Positions 14,414 to 23,991 of a stretch of DNA of 33,658 nt are shown one piece after another. Position 1 is the first letter of the stretch; each line of letters begins with the position of its first letter. Source of the stretch: a virus (Duplodnaviria > Caudoviricetes); IMG/VR virus record IMGVR_UViG_3300007231_000022, positions 1 through 33,658 of that record; one strand, given 5' to 3'. Below the pieces are notes generated by a model. The model had not been told where the DNA came from, searched no databases, and saw only the letters and a program-made list of their open reading frames with translations. The translations under genes were made by a program, and so were the position numbers.

Positions 14414-14420
14414 ATAAATA
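14414..14420 (+). promoter_or_regulatory. Late promoter ATAAATA followed by a structured leader
   Basis: Lies just after the terminator and 86 nt upstream of ATG 14507. Confidence 0.7.
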
Positions 14421-14506
14421 CTTGTGTCAATAATCGTGCCGTACTTACGGACTTATGCAGAAATGACCCACTGCGTAAACCTAGAACGTTTTAAAGGAGA
14501 AAACAA

Positions 14507-14932
14507 ATGGGAAGACCACTTAATAAAAGATTTTTCGGAACACCAACAGCCGATGGCAATGAAATTAAAGTACAGTTCTTTAACGGAACTGGATCAGTAA
14601 ACGGCTGGATCGTTAAGCAACTTGGATCAAAGAAATTCCGTTGCACAGATGGAACAGCAGTAAAAGATTGTTTCTTAGTAGACAAATCAGCTGCTGACGG
14701 CGACACACCAGCAGCAGTTGTAGCAGGTGAAATGACTATCACAGTCAAAGACGATGCTGGTGCGCTAAAGCAAGTTACTAAAATTTCAGGTCGTATGGTA
14801 ACACTAGACTCGGGCGACAAAATTGCTTGGAACTTCAGTGCTGCAACTGATGACAATGCAGTTGAAATGGAAGAAGCTGGTACAGATGATGCATTTACTG
14901 GTGCAGACGACTTCGAAGTTGACGGCGACTAA
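14507..14932 (+). CDS. Hypothetical virion protein (141 aa), possibly head decoration
   Basis: Own promoter, strong AAGGAG RBS and own terminator; beta-rich; directly follows the capsid gene. Confidence 0.7.
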   Translation: MGRPLNKRFFGTPTADGNEIKVQFFNGTGSVNGWIVKQLGSKKFRCTDGTAVKDCFLVDKSAADGDTPAAVVAGEMTITVKDDAGALKQVTKISGRMVTLDSGDKIAWNFSAATDDNAVEMEEAGTDDAFTGADDFEVDGD

Positions 14933-14940
14933 GATTAGTT

Positions 14941-14968
14941 TGGGGGATTAATTTCCCCCATACTTTTT
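14941..14968 (+). terminator. Probable terminator/attenuator hairpin
   Basis: TGGGGGA-ttaatt-TCCCCCA followed by TACTTTTT. Confidence 0.65.
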
Positions 14969-14983
14969 ATATAGGAATAAAGA

Positions 14984-15961
14984 ATGTCAAAATATTTAAA
15001 CGTACCAAATGGAAATTACAAAGTATCTGTACAAACAGGTGGCACTATCTTTTTGGATACAGGGTTTGAGACAGGCACTGTTGAAATTTCCGGAAACTTA
15101 TTAGTTAAAGGTGATCAAACAACTGTTAACACGGCCCAATTAGATATTGAAGATAATATTATTACACTAAACAGCGGTGAAACTGGCGCTGGCATTACGC
15201 TTGGCGATTCGGGAATTAGAATTAATCGCGGCACACTACCTGATTCATTTTTTAAATACGATGAAGATGTTGCTGGATTTATAGCAATCGATGAAGCAAG
15301 TCAATTAATATCATTAGCAACAAATAAAATTGACTCAAGAAGTCAAAACTTATTATTAAATGCAGGAACTAGCACAGTTAATGTATCACCTACTGTAGAC
15401 TATGAACGAAAAGTATTTACATACGATGGATTCGGTGAACTAACTGGATATAATGTAGCAAAAGCAGATGTAATACCAAACGCACAAGCTGTAGTTGATT
15501 ACGTTGCATTTAATTTTGCAAATGTTTTCTTGCGCCAAATTGGTGACGGTGTTTTAAGTGTTAGTAGTATTACAATCGATGATGAAGAAAATACAGGTGT
15601 AGATAGTGTAATTAAATTTGCTATTGACGGTAACACAGTAAGTCAATTGTATGCTGATCGTTGGGAATTTGATGAAATTAGATTTGCAGGATCAACAATT
15701 GAAACTATTTCAAGTAATGAAGATTTAGTTTTAAAATCTTCAGGCATAGGTAGTATTAGAATAGACGATACACTGCATTTAAATCGTGTACCGAGTGCCG
15801 GCGATCCAAGTTTAGAACCGTCGCAACCATTAGACGGAACAAAGATTTATGTAGCTGATCAGTATACAGGTAAATCAGGATTATTTTTTACCAACGATCA
15901 AGGCAACAGAGACGAATTAGTAAGTAAGAATAGAGCACTCCTTTTCGGAATGTTATTTTAA
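14984..15961 (+). CDS. Virion structural (fibre/baseplate) protein, 325 aa
   Basis: ISGNLLVKG.QTTVNT..LDIEDNIITLN fibre-shaft motif, IPN.QAVVDYV, hydrophobic C-terminus. Confidence 0.65.
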   Translation: MSKYLNVPNGNYKVSVQTGGTIFLDTGFETGTVEISGNLLVKGDQTTVNTAQLDIEDNIITLNSGETGAGITLGDSGIRINRGTLPDSFFKYDEDVAGFIAIDEASQLISLATNKIDSRSQNLLLNAGTSTVNVSPTVDYERKVFTYDGFGELTGYNVAKADVIPNAQAVVDYVAFNFANVFLRQIGDGVLSVSSITIDDEENTGVDSVIKFAIDGNTVSQLYADRWEFDEIRFAGSTIETISSNEDLVLKSSGIGSIRIDDTLHLNRVPSAGDPSLEPSQPLDGTKIYVADQYTGKSGLFFTNDQGNRDELVSKNRALLFGMLF

Positions 15962-15970
15962 GGATAAGAA

Positions 15971-16312
15971 ATGGCAATAGTAAATCAACAATTAACAACA
16001 ACACAACTTGACATGATAACTGTTCCAGCAAACAAATCATATGCAATTACAAATATTTTAGTTTGTAATAACGGTTCAGCAACGGCGTCATTTGATATGC
16101 ATCTGATCCCGCAAAGTTCTAGTTTGAGTAATACTGTAACAAGAGTTATTAACAACTTAGAACTACCAGCAGGCGAAACATTTACATTTGATAGTGAAAA
16201 AATTGTGTTAGAGGTAGGTGATAAAATTTCATTTGTTGCAGAACCTGACCTCGGAGCACCAAATGCTGGACTAACAAACTTATCAGCTACAGTGAGTTAT
16301 TTGGAAGTATAA
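15971..16312 (+). CDS. Small beta-sandwich virion adaptor-like protein, 113 aa (paralog 1)
   Basis: TVPA...ITNILVCN...LPAGETF...KIVL..GD...VSYLEV pattern shared with the genes at 22891 and 32577. Confidence 0.7.
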   Translation: MAIVNQQLTTTQLDMITVPANKSYAITNILVCNNGSATASFDMHLIPQSSSLSNTVTRVINNLELPAGETFTFDSEKIVLEVGDKISFVAEPDLGAPNAGLTNLSATVSYLEV

Positions 16313-16313
16313 C

Positions 16314-16892
16314 ATGAGATTAATTAAAGCACAAAGTACAAATTTAAGAGGTATTTACTCTAAAGGAGTTAAGTATGATATTGACGATCAAGTAGTTGTT
16401 GATAGTACTCGTGCTATGAAAGTTCCAGTAGGAACATTAGGACAGAGACCAGGAGAAGCCGGAGTTGCTACGAGTTCTGCTGCTGGACAAGTTAGATATA
16501 ACTCCACTGATCAACAGTTAGAAGCATATCAAAATGGTGCATGGAGAGAAGTGCGCTTTAAAGAACCTAATCAAGATCCAGGAATTGTTTGGCAGAATTT
16601 AGGTGTAGGTAACGCATTAGCAGACGAAACAGTTTTTGGCGAATTACAAAGTAACGATGCAGATTTTCCAGTTCCAGCAACTGCTAATAATATTATAGTA
16701 ATGATTGAAAACGTAGTACAAATTCCAACAACTAACTACACAATACATCAAACTGCTGAAATTACATCAGGCGGCGCAGAAGAAGGCCCTAATCATCCTT
16801 ATGCTGAAACAGGTTCAGGCTGGTGGATTAAATTTACAAGTCCAGTACCAACAGGCAAACCAGTCACTGTAATTCATAACCTAGACAAATAA
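16314..16892 (+). CDS. Virion structural protein, 192 aa
   Basis: VPVGT..QRP...GQVRYN.....EAY.NGAW module, followed by a V.IENVVQ.P...Y...F..P.P baseplate-type domain. Confidence 0.65.
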   Translation: MRLIKAQSTNLRGIYSKGVKYDIDDQVVVDSTRAMKVPVGTLGQRPGEAGVATSSAAGQVRYNSTDQQLEAYQNGAWREVRFKEPNQDPGIVWQNLGVGNALADETVFGELQSNDADFPVPATANNIIVMIENVVQIPTTNYTIHQTAEITSGGAEEGPNHPYAETGSGWWIKFTSPVPTGKPVTVIHNLDK

Positions 16893-16895
16893 ATA
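16889..16895 (+). promoter_or_regulatory. Late promoter ATAAATA overlapping the upstream stop
   Basis: A-TAA-ATA, followed by an AAGGAG RBS before 16919. Confidence 0.65.
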
Positions 16896-16918
16896 CATTG
16901 TCAAAGGAGAACTAGGGC

Positions 16919-19423
16919 ATGGCAGAACCACAAAACGGACGTATCGGCGGCGGAGTATTAAAAGATAATTTAGAACGCCAGGGTGTTGATCTTAACTTTA
17001 AAAATACTAGCAGTAGTACTGCACTTCTTCATCTTGATGTTAACAATGCTAAAATTGGTATTAATAACGAAGCACCTACAGATGCTTTAACTATACCAAC
17101 AACACTTGCATCATCTAATCTAATATCAACATATAATAATATTTCAAACTTCACTATTGATCAAAGTCAAATTGTGGCATTGGGCGGCGATGGATTTATT
17201 AACTTTAATGCTGCAAATAATATTTTTGCAACAGCAATTGCAACAGATGATTTAAAAATAGATTTTAATACTATTAGTACAACTACAACTGATACTAATA
17301 TAGAATTACGTCCAAACGGCAACGGTACATTAAATATTAATAGTAATTGGAATATTACAGGATCTCTAAACGCAACAGGTAATATTCAAACAAGTGGAAA
17401 TTTTACACTAGGTAACAATGACGAAGACAATGTAACGTTTGTTGCTGATATCAATAGTGACATTATACCAGATCAAACAAACACAAGTGATTTGGGCGGC
17501 GTCAGTAAACAATGGCTAAACATATATAGTACTTTACTTAATGGCGAAGCTGTTGCTGTTGATGAATTAATTGTTGGTTCAGGAGAGTCAAGTTTAGCAC
17601 GTAGACAAGGTAATACATTTTATGTTAGTACATTAGGTAGTGATACTAATGTAGGCGACCACCAACACGGTGCATTTCGTACACTAAAACATGCACTTGC
17701 ACAAAACGATGGAAGTACATCTGGTCCTACAGTTATTCACGTATTTCCTGGAGAGTACGAAGAAGAATTTCCACTAACGGTCCCGTCACATGTAAACATT
17801 AAAGGCGAAGACATAAGAAATACAATTATTAGACCAACAGTCGCTACGCAAAGTAATAATGCATTTTTATTAGAAGATGACGTAGTTATTGAAGATCTTA
17901 CTATTAAAGATTTCTTTAGTCCAGGACATGCATTTAGTTTTACGTCTGGCGGCTTAGTAAACACACGCAGTCCATATATTAGAAACGTAACTGTTATTAC
18001 AAAAGGCAGTGTAACAAGTGCAGATGATCCTAGAGGATTTGCGCAAGGTGATGCAGGCAAAGGTGCGCTAATTGATGGAGCAGTATTAGATAGTGCAAGT
18101 TTAGAAGCCAGTATGTTATTTCACAGTGTGACATTCATTACACCCGGCGTTGATTGTATTACAATGACTAATGGCGTGAGAGTAGAATGGCTTAACAGTT
18201 TTACATACTTTGCTAACAGAGGATTGTATGCCACACAAGGTGCAAGTGGTAAACTAATGCCAGACGCATCTATACGCTATGGTGCAGAAGTTAGATCAAT
18301 TGGATCAGCATGTGTATATGGTAACTTTGGTGCAGTAGTAGACGGTGCTAATACACTAATGTATCTAATAGGACAAAACTTTGCTTATATCGGCACCGGC
18401 AAAGATGTAAGTAATGATAACACACTTACAATACCTAGTCAAGAAGTAACTGAATTAAATTCGGGCAGTATTGTTTTTACTAGCACCGACCAAAAAGGTA
18501 AATTTAGTGTCGGTGATAACTTCTTTGTAGATTTTGACACAGGCGAAACAAGTATTGATGCAAACTCAATTGACTTTAGTGGCATTGGCAATATAACTGT
18601 AAACAACGGTGTAGAAGTAACTTATATAGACGGCGAAAGAGTTGATACTGGAAATATAAGAATCACCGGAAATACAATTACTACACTTGATGGAGACTTA
18701 AATCTAAGCCCGCAAACAGAATTATTTAATACTGATAATAACACAGGATTAATAGTTAGTCGTGGCACTACTATGCAACAAAACAATGAAACTGCTGACA
18801 TTAGATTTAATACTGATACAAATTTATTTGAAGGGTATTCTTCAGGAAATTTAAGTTTTGGCGGTGTATATTCAAGTGATAGACAAGACGGAGTTGATGC
18901 ACACGATACTAATAATACAATAGTATTAACAGTAGGCGGAGTGCAAGTAGGATCGATCGATAGCAATAGTACAAATCTACACGGTCTGTCAACAGGCGAT
19001 GTATTGTTTGACAATAATCTTGTAACAACAACACTGTCTAACTCAGATTTAGAACTTAGACGAACAACTGTTGCAAATGTAGTTGACGTGTTTGATATAG
19101 AAATAAAAGAAAATAACTTTTCTAATTCGAGTAACAACTTATTAACATTAAGCACTACGGCACGAGGATATGTTAAGTTTAGTGGTACTACTGGACTTGT
19201 TATACCAGCAGGTAACGATGCTGCACGTAATAGTACTCCGGTAACAGGAGAAATTAGATATAGTACACAAGCCGGCGCCGGTTTAGGATTTTTAGAAGTA
19301 TATAACGAAACTGGCGGCGAAGATGAGCTAGGTGCATGGCAACGAGCAGCAGGCGAAGGCGAAGAAGTAACCGAAGATATTCTTAAAGAACTAGTTGATT
19401 TATACGTCCTTGTACTAGGATAA
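16919..19423 (+). CDS. Tail fibre/spike-like protein with a predicted pectin-lyase-like beta-helix (834 aa)
   Basis: FYVSTLGSD.N.G....AFRTLKHAL...IHVFPGEYEE.FPLTVP..V.I.G is a typical beta-helix cap; paralog of the gene at 19563. Confidence 0.7.
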   Translation: MAEPQNGRIGGGVLKDNLERQGVDLNFKNTSSSTALLHLDVNNAKIGINNEAPTDALTIPTTLASSNLISTYNNISNFTIDQSQIVALGGDGFINFNAANNIFATAIATDDLKIDFNTISTTTTDTNIELRPNGNGTLNINSNWNITGSLNATGNIQTSGNFTLGNNDEDNVTFVADINSDIIPDQTNTSDLGGVSKQWLNIYSTLLNGEAVAVDELIVGSGESSLARRQGNTFYVSTLGSDTNVGDHQHGAFRTLKHALAQNDGSTSGPTVIHVFPGEYEEEFPLTVPSHVNIKGEDIRNTIIRPTVATQSNNAFLLEDDVVIEDLTIKDFFSPGHAFSFTSGGLVNTRSPYIRNVTVITKGSVTSADDPRGFAQGDAGKGALIDGAVLDSASLEASMLFHSVTFITPGVDCITMTNGVRVEWLNSFTYFANRGLYATQGASGKLMPDASIRYGAEVRSIGSACVYGNFGAVVDGANTLMYLIGQNFAYIGTGKDVSNDNTLTIPSQEVTELNSGSIVFTSTDQKGKFSVGDNFFVDFDTGETSIDANSIDFSGIGNITVNNGVEVTYIDGERVDTGNIRITGNTITTLDGDLNLSPQTELFNTDNNTGLIVSRGTTMQQNNETADIRFNTDTNLFEGYSSGNLSFGGVYSSDRQDGVDAHDTNNTIVLTVGGVQVGSIDSNSTNLHGLSTGDVLFDNNLVTTTLSNSDLELRRTTVANVVDVFDIEIKENNFSNSSNNLLTLSTTARGYVKFSGTTGLVIPAGNDAARNSTPVTGEIRYSTQAGAGLGFLEVYNETGGEDELGAWQRAAGEGEEVTEDILKELVDLYVLVLG

Positions 19424-19435
19424 TTTCCAAAAACG

Positions 19436-19557
19436 ATAAATACTATTAATGCAGCGCAATGACCATTGCAATGCAGGGTCAAACTGTGGTTAACCAGCAA
19501 AGAGCCCTTCGGGGATGAGAATTTGGGCTAGAGGGACAGGATCCCCGTGTTGAGGAG
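19436..19557 (+). promoter_or_regulatory. Late promoter (ATAAATA 19436-19442) plus a GC-rich structured 5' leader
   Basis: Several hairpins, including CCC-TTCG-GGG (19505-19514) and GGGA/TCCC (19533-19545), ending at a GAGGAG RBS (19552-19557). Confidence 0.65.
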
Positions 19558-19562
19558 CAAAG

Positions 19563-22500
19563 ATGGCTATTGGTCGAATTAGTGGTCCGCTCTTAAAAGC
19601 AAACTTACTTCGTGAAGGAGTGAATTTAGCCTTTGAGAACGATTTACTATACTTAGATGTAAATAATAATCGCATCGGCATTAACAATGCTTCGCCCCAA
19701 TACGACTTAGATGTAATTGGCACAACACGGGCACCAGCACTAGAAATTAGCACACTTGCTAATATTGGTAGCGTAAATATTACCGGAACAACAATATCAA
19801 CAACGCAACCTACGCTTAATTTAGGCGCCGCCGATAATGTTATCTACCAAAACAAATTAACAATTGACAGTTTAGATTTAGAAAACAATGTCATTAGTTC
19901 AAATGAAACTAATGCAAACATTGAATTTAATCCAAACGGCACTGGCACTGTAGAAATATTTGCAGACACAAATGTAACAGGTAATATCACAGCAACAGGT
20001 AATATCACAGCAGATGGTAATATTACAATTGGTGATGCTGACACTGACAACATTACATTCAACGCAGAAATTAATTCAAACATTATTCCAGACGCTACTA
20101 ATACATACAATTTAGGTAGTGTTTCAAAGCAGTGGGCAGACGTTAGAACACAAAACTTCTTTGCTGGCACAGTTACTACTGCTAGTATATCAGTTGACGG
20201 TGTAGATATTTCTCTACGTCAAGGCAATATATTTTATGTTGCTGAAAATGGTAGTGATAGTTATACAGGTGATCACCCTAACGATCCATATGGTTCATTA
20301 AAGTTTGCACTAACTCAAGCAACTAGTGGCGACACAATTCACATTTATCCAGGAGTATACCAAGAGATATTCCCAATGACTGTTCCTGCAGGCGTAACTG
20401 TAAAAGGTCACACTATGCGTGGAGTTAATATTACTCCAACTGCTGGAACGAATAGTAATGATGCATTTTTAGTTAATGCAGGAGTTACAATTGAAGACTT
20501 AACTATTTCAGGATTCTACACAGGCTACGCATTTAAGTTTGCACCAGGCTTTGCAGTATCAGGAAATAACCGTTCACCTTATCTTAGAAACCTTAGTGTA
20601 ATTACAATGGGTAGTGTAACAAGCGCAGCAGACCCAAGAGGTTTTGCGCAGGGTGATGCTGGTAAAGGAGCGTACATAGACGGGTCCGTAGCGGGCGCTA
20701 CAAGCTTGGAAGCAACAATGCTGTTCCATAGTGCCACATTTATTACACCAGGCGTAGACGCTATTACAGTAACTAACGGAGCAAGAGTAGAATGGCTGAA
20801 CTCATTTACATACTTTGCTAATCGTGGTATTTACGGTGTAGATGGTGCAACAGGATTACGTGGCACAGGTAAGACAGCAGTTAGAGTTACAGGATTAACT
20901 GGCACTATTGTAGACACAAACACATTTAGTTATTACGACACAGATGGCGTAACAGTTCTTGCAACAGGCACTATTAATGGTGTTGACGCAGATGGTAAGT
21001 TTTATGTAAACGGAAACCTAACAGGATTAGAAACTGCTGGCGAACGTGGCGGCAAAATTATAACCAAGTACGGAACACCTACTACAGACACAACTGTTAA
21101 AAAGTTCGGCACAAGTAGTTTAGAACTTAACGGAACTACTGACTACTTAGGCGTTGCATCAAATAACGACTTTGGGTTTGGTACAGACGATTATACTGTT
21201 GAAGGTTGGTTTTATTTTAATAGTGTAGCTACTACAACAAATTTATTTGATTTTAGAGCAGGTGCAGGATCAGACGTAGCACCAGTAGTTTATATTGATG
21301 CAGGCGGCGAATTACGTTTTTATTCTTACAGTGCAGATAGAATTACAGGATCAACATTAACAACAGCAACTTGGTATCATATTGCAGTTAGTCGCAGTGG
21401 CAACGATACAAAGTTATTTTTAAACGGTGCATTAGAAGGAACGTGGACTGTAGCAGCAACAGATTACGATGTTGCAAAACCTCTTATAATTGGTGCACGG
21501 TGGGATGCTGCAAATAAACTTGACGGTTATGTAGACGACTTTAGAGTTACTAAGGGGTTAGCAAGATATACTGTAGGCTTTGTTGCTCCTTTATCAGAAT
21601 TTGTAAGCGACAACGATACTAAACTATTATTACATTTTAATAATGCAGTTGACGGTGCAAGTACATTTATAGACGATACTACTAACTCACAAGATTTACG
21701 TTTTAGTAATGGAGCAACAGCTACATTCTGTACATTAGCAGATCAAACAGAATTTGGTGCAGAAGTACGTGCAATTGCAAGTGCTTGTGTATACGGCAAC
21801 TACGGTATTGTGGGTGACGGTCCTGGTGTACTAATGTACTTGATTAGTCAAAACTTAGCGTACATTGGTGTAGGCAAAGAAATTGACAACGACGAAACTA
21901 GTGTAATACAAGCAAACGAAATTGTTGAAACAAACAATGCACAGATAAGATACAGTAGTGTAGATCACAAAGGCGACTTTAGAGTTGGTGATTTGTTTTA
22001 TGTTAATCAAGCAGACGGAACTGTAGACTTTAGTAGTTCAACATTTAATATTAATACATCTTCTGGTATTACAATTACTACAGGCGGAAGTCAAACTACT
22101 ATTACTGGCGATAAAATTGATACTGGTAATTTACGTCTAAGCGGCAACACTATTGAAAGTTTAAGCGGCGACATTAATTTAGATGCAGATAGCGGCACAG
22201 TTAGAATTAATTCATCAAGTGCGTTACAATTGCCTAAAGGTGATACAGCTAGTCGTCCAACACCAGCAACAGGTATGATTCGTTATAATACTGATACAGC
22301 ATTGTATGAAGGTTATGACGGCAACTGGATGGCACTTAACGGTGTTTATGATTTAGATTTAGACACACGTATCACAGCAGAACTTACTCCTGGCGCAAAT
22401 GATGGAGTAATTAGATTCTACATTCAAGACAGTGTAGTTACAACAATTGACGCAGATAAGTTAACTACTCCAAGAATCGAAGTCGATGATATAAGTATTG

Positions 22501-22886
22501 ATGGAAATGTTATAACAACTGAAACTGTTAATACTGATTTAACATTGAGTGCAAATGGCACGGGTGAAGTTGTTATAGATAATTTAGCATTTAAAGATTC
22601 TACGATAACTAATAGAGAAGTGGACGGAGTATTAAACTTCCAACAACAAGGTAGTGGATACTTTAAGATTGAAGGCACAACTGGATTTATTGTTCCAGTT
22701 GGAAATAACTTACAACGTCCTGCATCAGCATACCGTGAACAAGGAATGGTACGTTATAATACAGAACAAAGATATTTAGAAATATGGGACGGATTTAGTT
22801 GGGTATCTGTTGCAGGTGCAACAGGTTCTATTAGTTTTGCAGCAGCAGAAGATCTAGCAATTGAATACGTATTAACATTAGGATAA
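19563..22886 (+). CDS. Tail fibre/spike-like protein with beta-helix and an inserted LamG/concanavalin-A-like lectin domain (1107 aa)
   Basis: Paralog of the gene at 16919. Insert KFGTSSL...DYTVEGWFY...WYHIAVSR...LFLNG...GYVDDFRVTKG.ARY...LLLHF is LamG-like. Confidence 0.75.
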   Translation: MAIGRISGPLLKANLLREGVNLAFENDLLYLDVNNNRIGINNASPQYDLDVIGTTRAPALEISTLANIGSVNITGTTISTTQPTLNLGAADNVIYQNKLTIDSLDLENNVISSNETNANIEFNPNGTGTVEIFADTNVTGNITATGNITADGNITIGDADTDNITFNAEINSNIIPDATNTYNLGSVSKQWADVRTQNFFAGTVTTASISVDGVDISLRQGNIFYVAENGSDSYTGDHPNDPYGSLKFALTQATSGDTIHIYPGVYQEIFPMTVPAGVTVKGHTMRGVNITPTAGTNSNDAFLVNAGVTIEDLTISGFYTGYAFKFAPGFAVSGNNRSPYLRNLSVITMGSVTSAADPRGFAQGDAGKGAYIDGSVAGATSLEATMLFHSATFITPGVDAITVTNGARVEWLNSFTYFANRGIYGVDGATGLRGTGKTAVRVTGLTGTIVDTNTFSYYDTDGVTVLATGTINGVDADGKFYVNGNLTGLETAGERGGKIITKYGTPTTDTTVKKFGTSSLELNGTTDYLGVASNNDFGFGTDDYTVEGWFYFNSVATTTNLFDFRAGAGSDVAPVVYIDAGGELRFYSYSADRITGSTLTTATWYHIAVSRSGNDTKLFLNGALEGTWTVAATDYDVAKPLIIGARWDAANKLDGYVDDFRVTKGLARYTVGFVAPLSEFVSDNDTKLLLHFNNAVDGASTFIDDTTNSQDLRFSNGATATFCTLADQTEFGAEVRAIASACVYGNYGIVGDGPGVLMYLISQNLAYIGVGKEIDNDETSVIQANEIVETNNAQIRYSSVDHKGDFRVGDLFYVNQADGTVDFSSSTFNINTSSGITITTGGSQTTITGDKIDTGNLRLSGNTIESLSGDINLDADSGTVRINSSSALQLPKGDTASRPTPATGMIRYNTDTALYEGYDGNWMALNGVYDLDLDTRITAELTPGANDGVIRFYIQDSVVTTIDADKLTTPRIEVDDISIDGNVITTETVNTDLTLSANGTGEVVIDNLAFKDSTITNREVDGVLNFQQQGSGYFKIEGTTGFIVPVGNNLQRPASAYREQGMVRYNTEQRYLEIWDGFSWVSVAGATGSISFAAAEDLAIEYVLTLG
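19976..20011 (+). repeat. Perfect 18-bp tandem repeat x2 (TGNITA)
   Basis: AACAGGTAATATCACAGC at 19976-19993 and 19994-20011, with a degenerate third copy following. Confidence 0.9.
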
Positions 22887-22890
22887 ACAG

Positions 22891-23220
22891 ATGGCAACGC
22901 AATTTAAAAACAAAGTAGTAAAAGAAATAGGATTACAAAAAATAGTCGCAATAGAAACTGACGCAGCTACAAGAGCTACTATAATTGGCATGACATTAAC
23001 TAATTTAGTAGATTTTATTGTGTATGCTAGCGTCTTAGTAAAAGCAGATGATAGTGTAGAAGGATACTTTTTTAAAGATGTTGTTATCCCGCCAAATAGC
23101 AGTCTACATGTACTAGCAGCTGGTGAAAAATTAATACTTGCACCAGATAATCAGCTATATATAGTAGCCGATCAAAATGATGCATTAGACGCAGTTATAA
23201 GTTACGTAGATATTGTATAA
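22891..23220 (+). CDS. Small virion adaptor-like protein, 109 aa (paralog 2)
   Basis: IIGMTLTN...KDVVIPPNSSL...EKLIL...D..ISYVDI pattern. Confidence 0.7.
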   Translation: MATQFKNKVVKEIGLQKIVAIETDAATRATIIGMTLTNLVDFIVYASVLVKADDSVEGYFFKDVVIPPNSSLHVLAAGEKLILAPDNQLYIVADQNDALDAVISYVDIV

Positions 23221-23231
23221 GGAATAAAGAT

Positions 23232-23972
23232 ATGTCAAATTACACAGGAATGTCACCAGACACAATGATGGGAGCAGTGCCCAACAGATTCTTTTACGGA
23301 TTGCGCAGAACCGATAACGGAGAATTGTTTGTTGTTAAATCGGATCAACTAAAAACTGATGACGCTCATACAGTTACAATCAACAATCCAGGTGCACCTG
23401 AGGATAACTTTCCTAACTTTGAACAAGGACAGGACTTTTATGAAGGCAGAGATGTAAATCATAATCTAGTACATGTAAATTTAAACTACGAACAACTTCG
23501 TTGGGATGAAAGAAATATTTCTTACTATGTAGACGATGATGGAGAATTAGTAGCAAGAATAAACCATACAGCTACGTATGATGAAAATTCAAGCACCGAC
23601 GGACTTGTAGCATACAATAAAAACGACTACGACATTAGTGTTGCAAGCGGCACTAATAGTTATGGTACTGGCAACAAATATTATATCGAACGACATGACG
23701 GTGCAAGCCCAACTCTTAATTTAGTAGAAGGCGAGACATATATCTTTAGACAAGACGACAGTTCAAATGCTACACATCAATTGTTGTTTTCAACAACTCC
23801 AAACGGAACTTGGGGAGGTGGTGTAGAATATACAACAGGTGTTGCTAAAGAAGGCACAGCTGGAAGCCCAGGTTCGTACACACAAATAACTATAGCAGCC
23901 AATGCGCCAGTATTATATTACTATTGTATAAATCATAGTGGTATGGGCGGACAGGTAAATACAATTACATGA
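23232..23972 (+). CDS. Virion protein with a C-terminal cupredoxin-like domain (246 aa)
   Basis: FFYGLRRTDNGEL N-terminal domain; C-terminal LNLVEGETYIF....SN.TH...LYYYCINHSGMGG. Confidence 0.65.
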   Translation: MSNYTGMSPDTMMGAVPNRFFYGLRRTDNGELFVVKSDQLKTDDAHTVTINNPGAPEDNFPNFEQGQDFYEGRDVNHNLVHVNLNYEQLRWDERNISYYVDDDGELVARINHTATYDENSSTDGLVAYNKNDYDISVASGTNSYGTGNKYYIERHDGASPTLNLVEGETYIFRQDDSSNATHQLLFSTTPNGTWGGGVEYTTGVAKEGTAGSPGSYTQITIAANAPVLYYYCINHSGMGGQVNTIT

Positions 23973-23991
23973 TTAGTGAACAGGAAAGATA

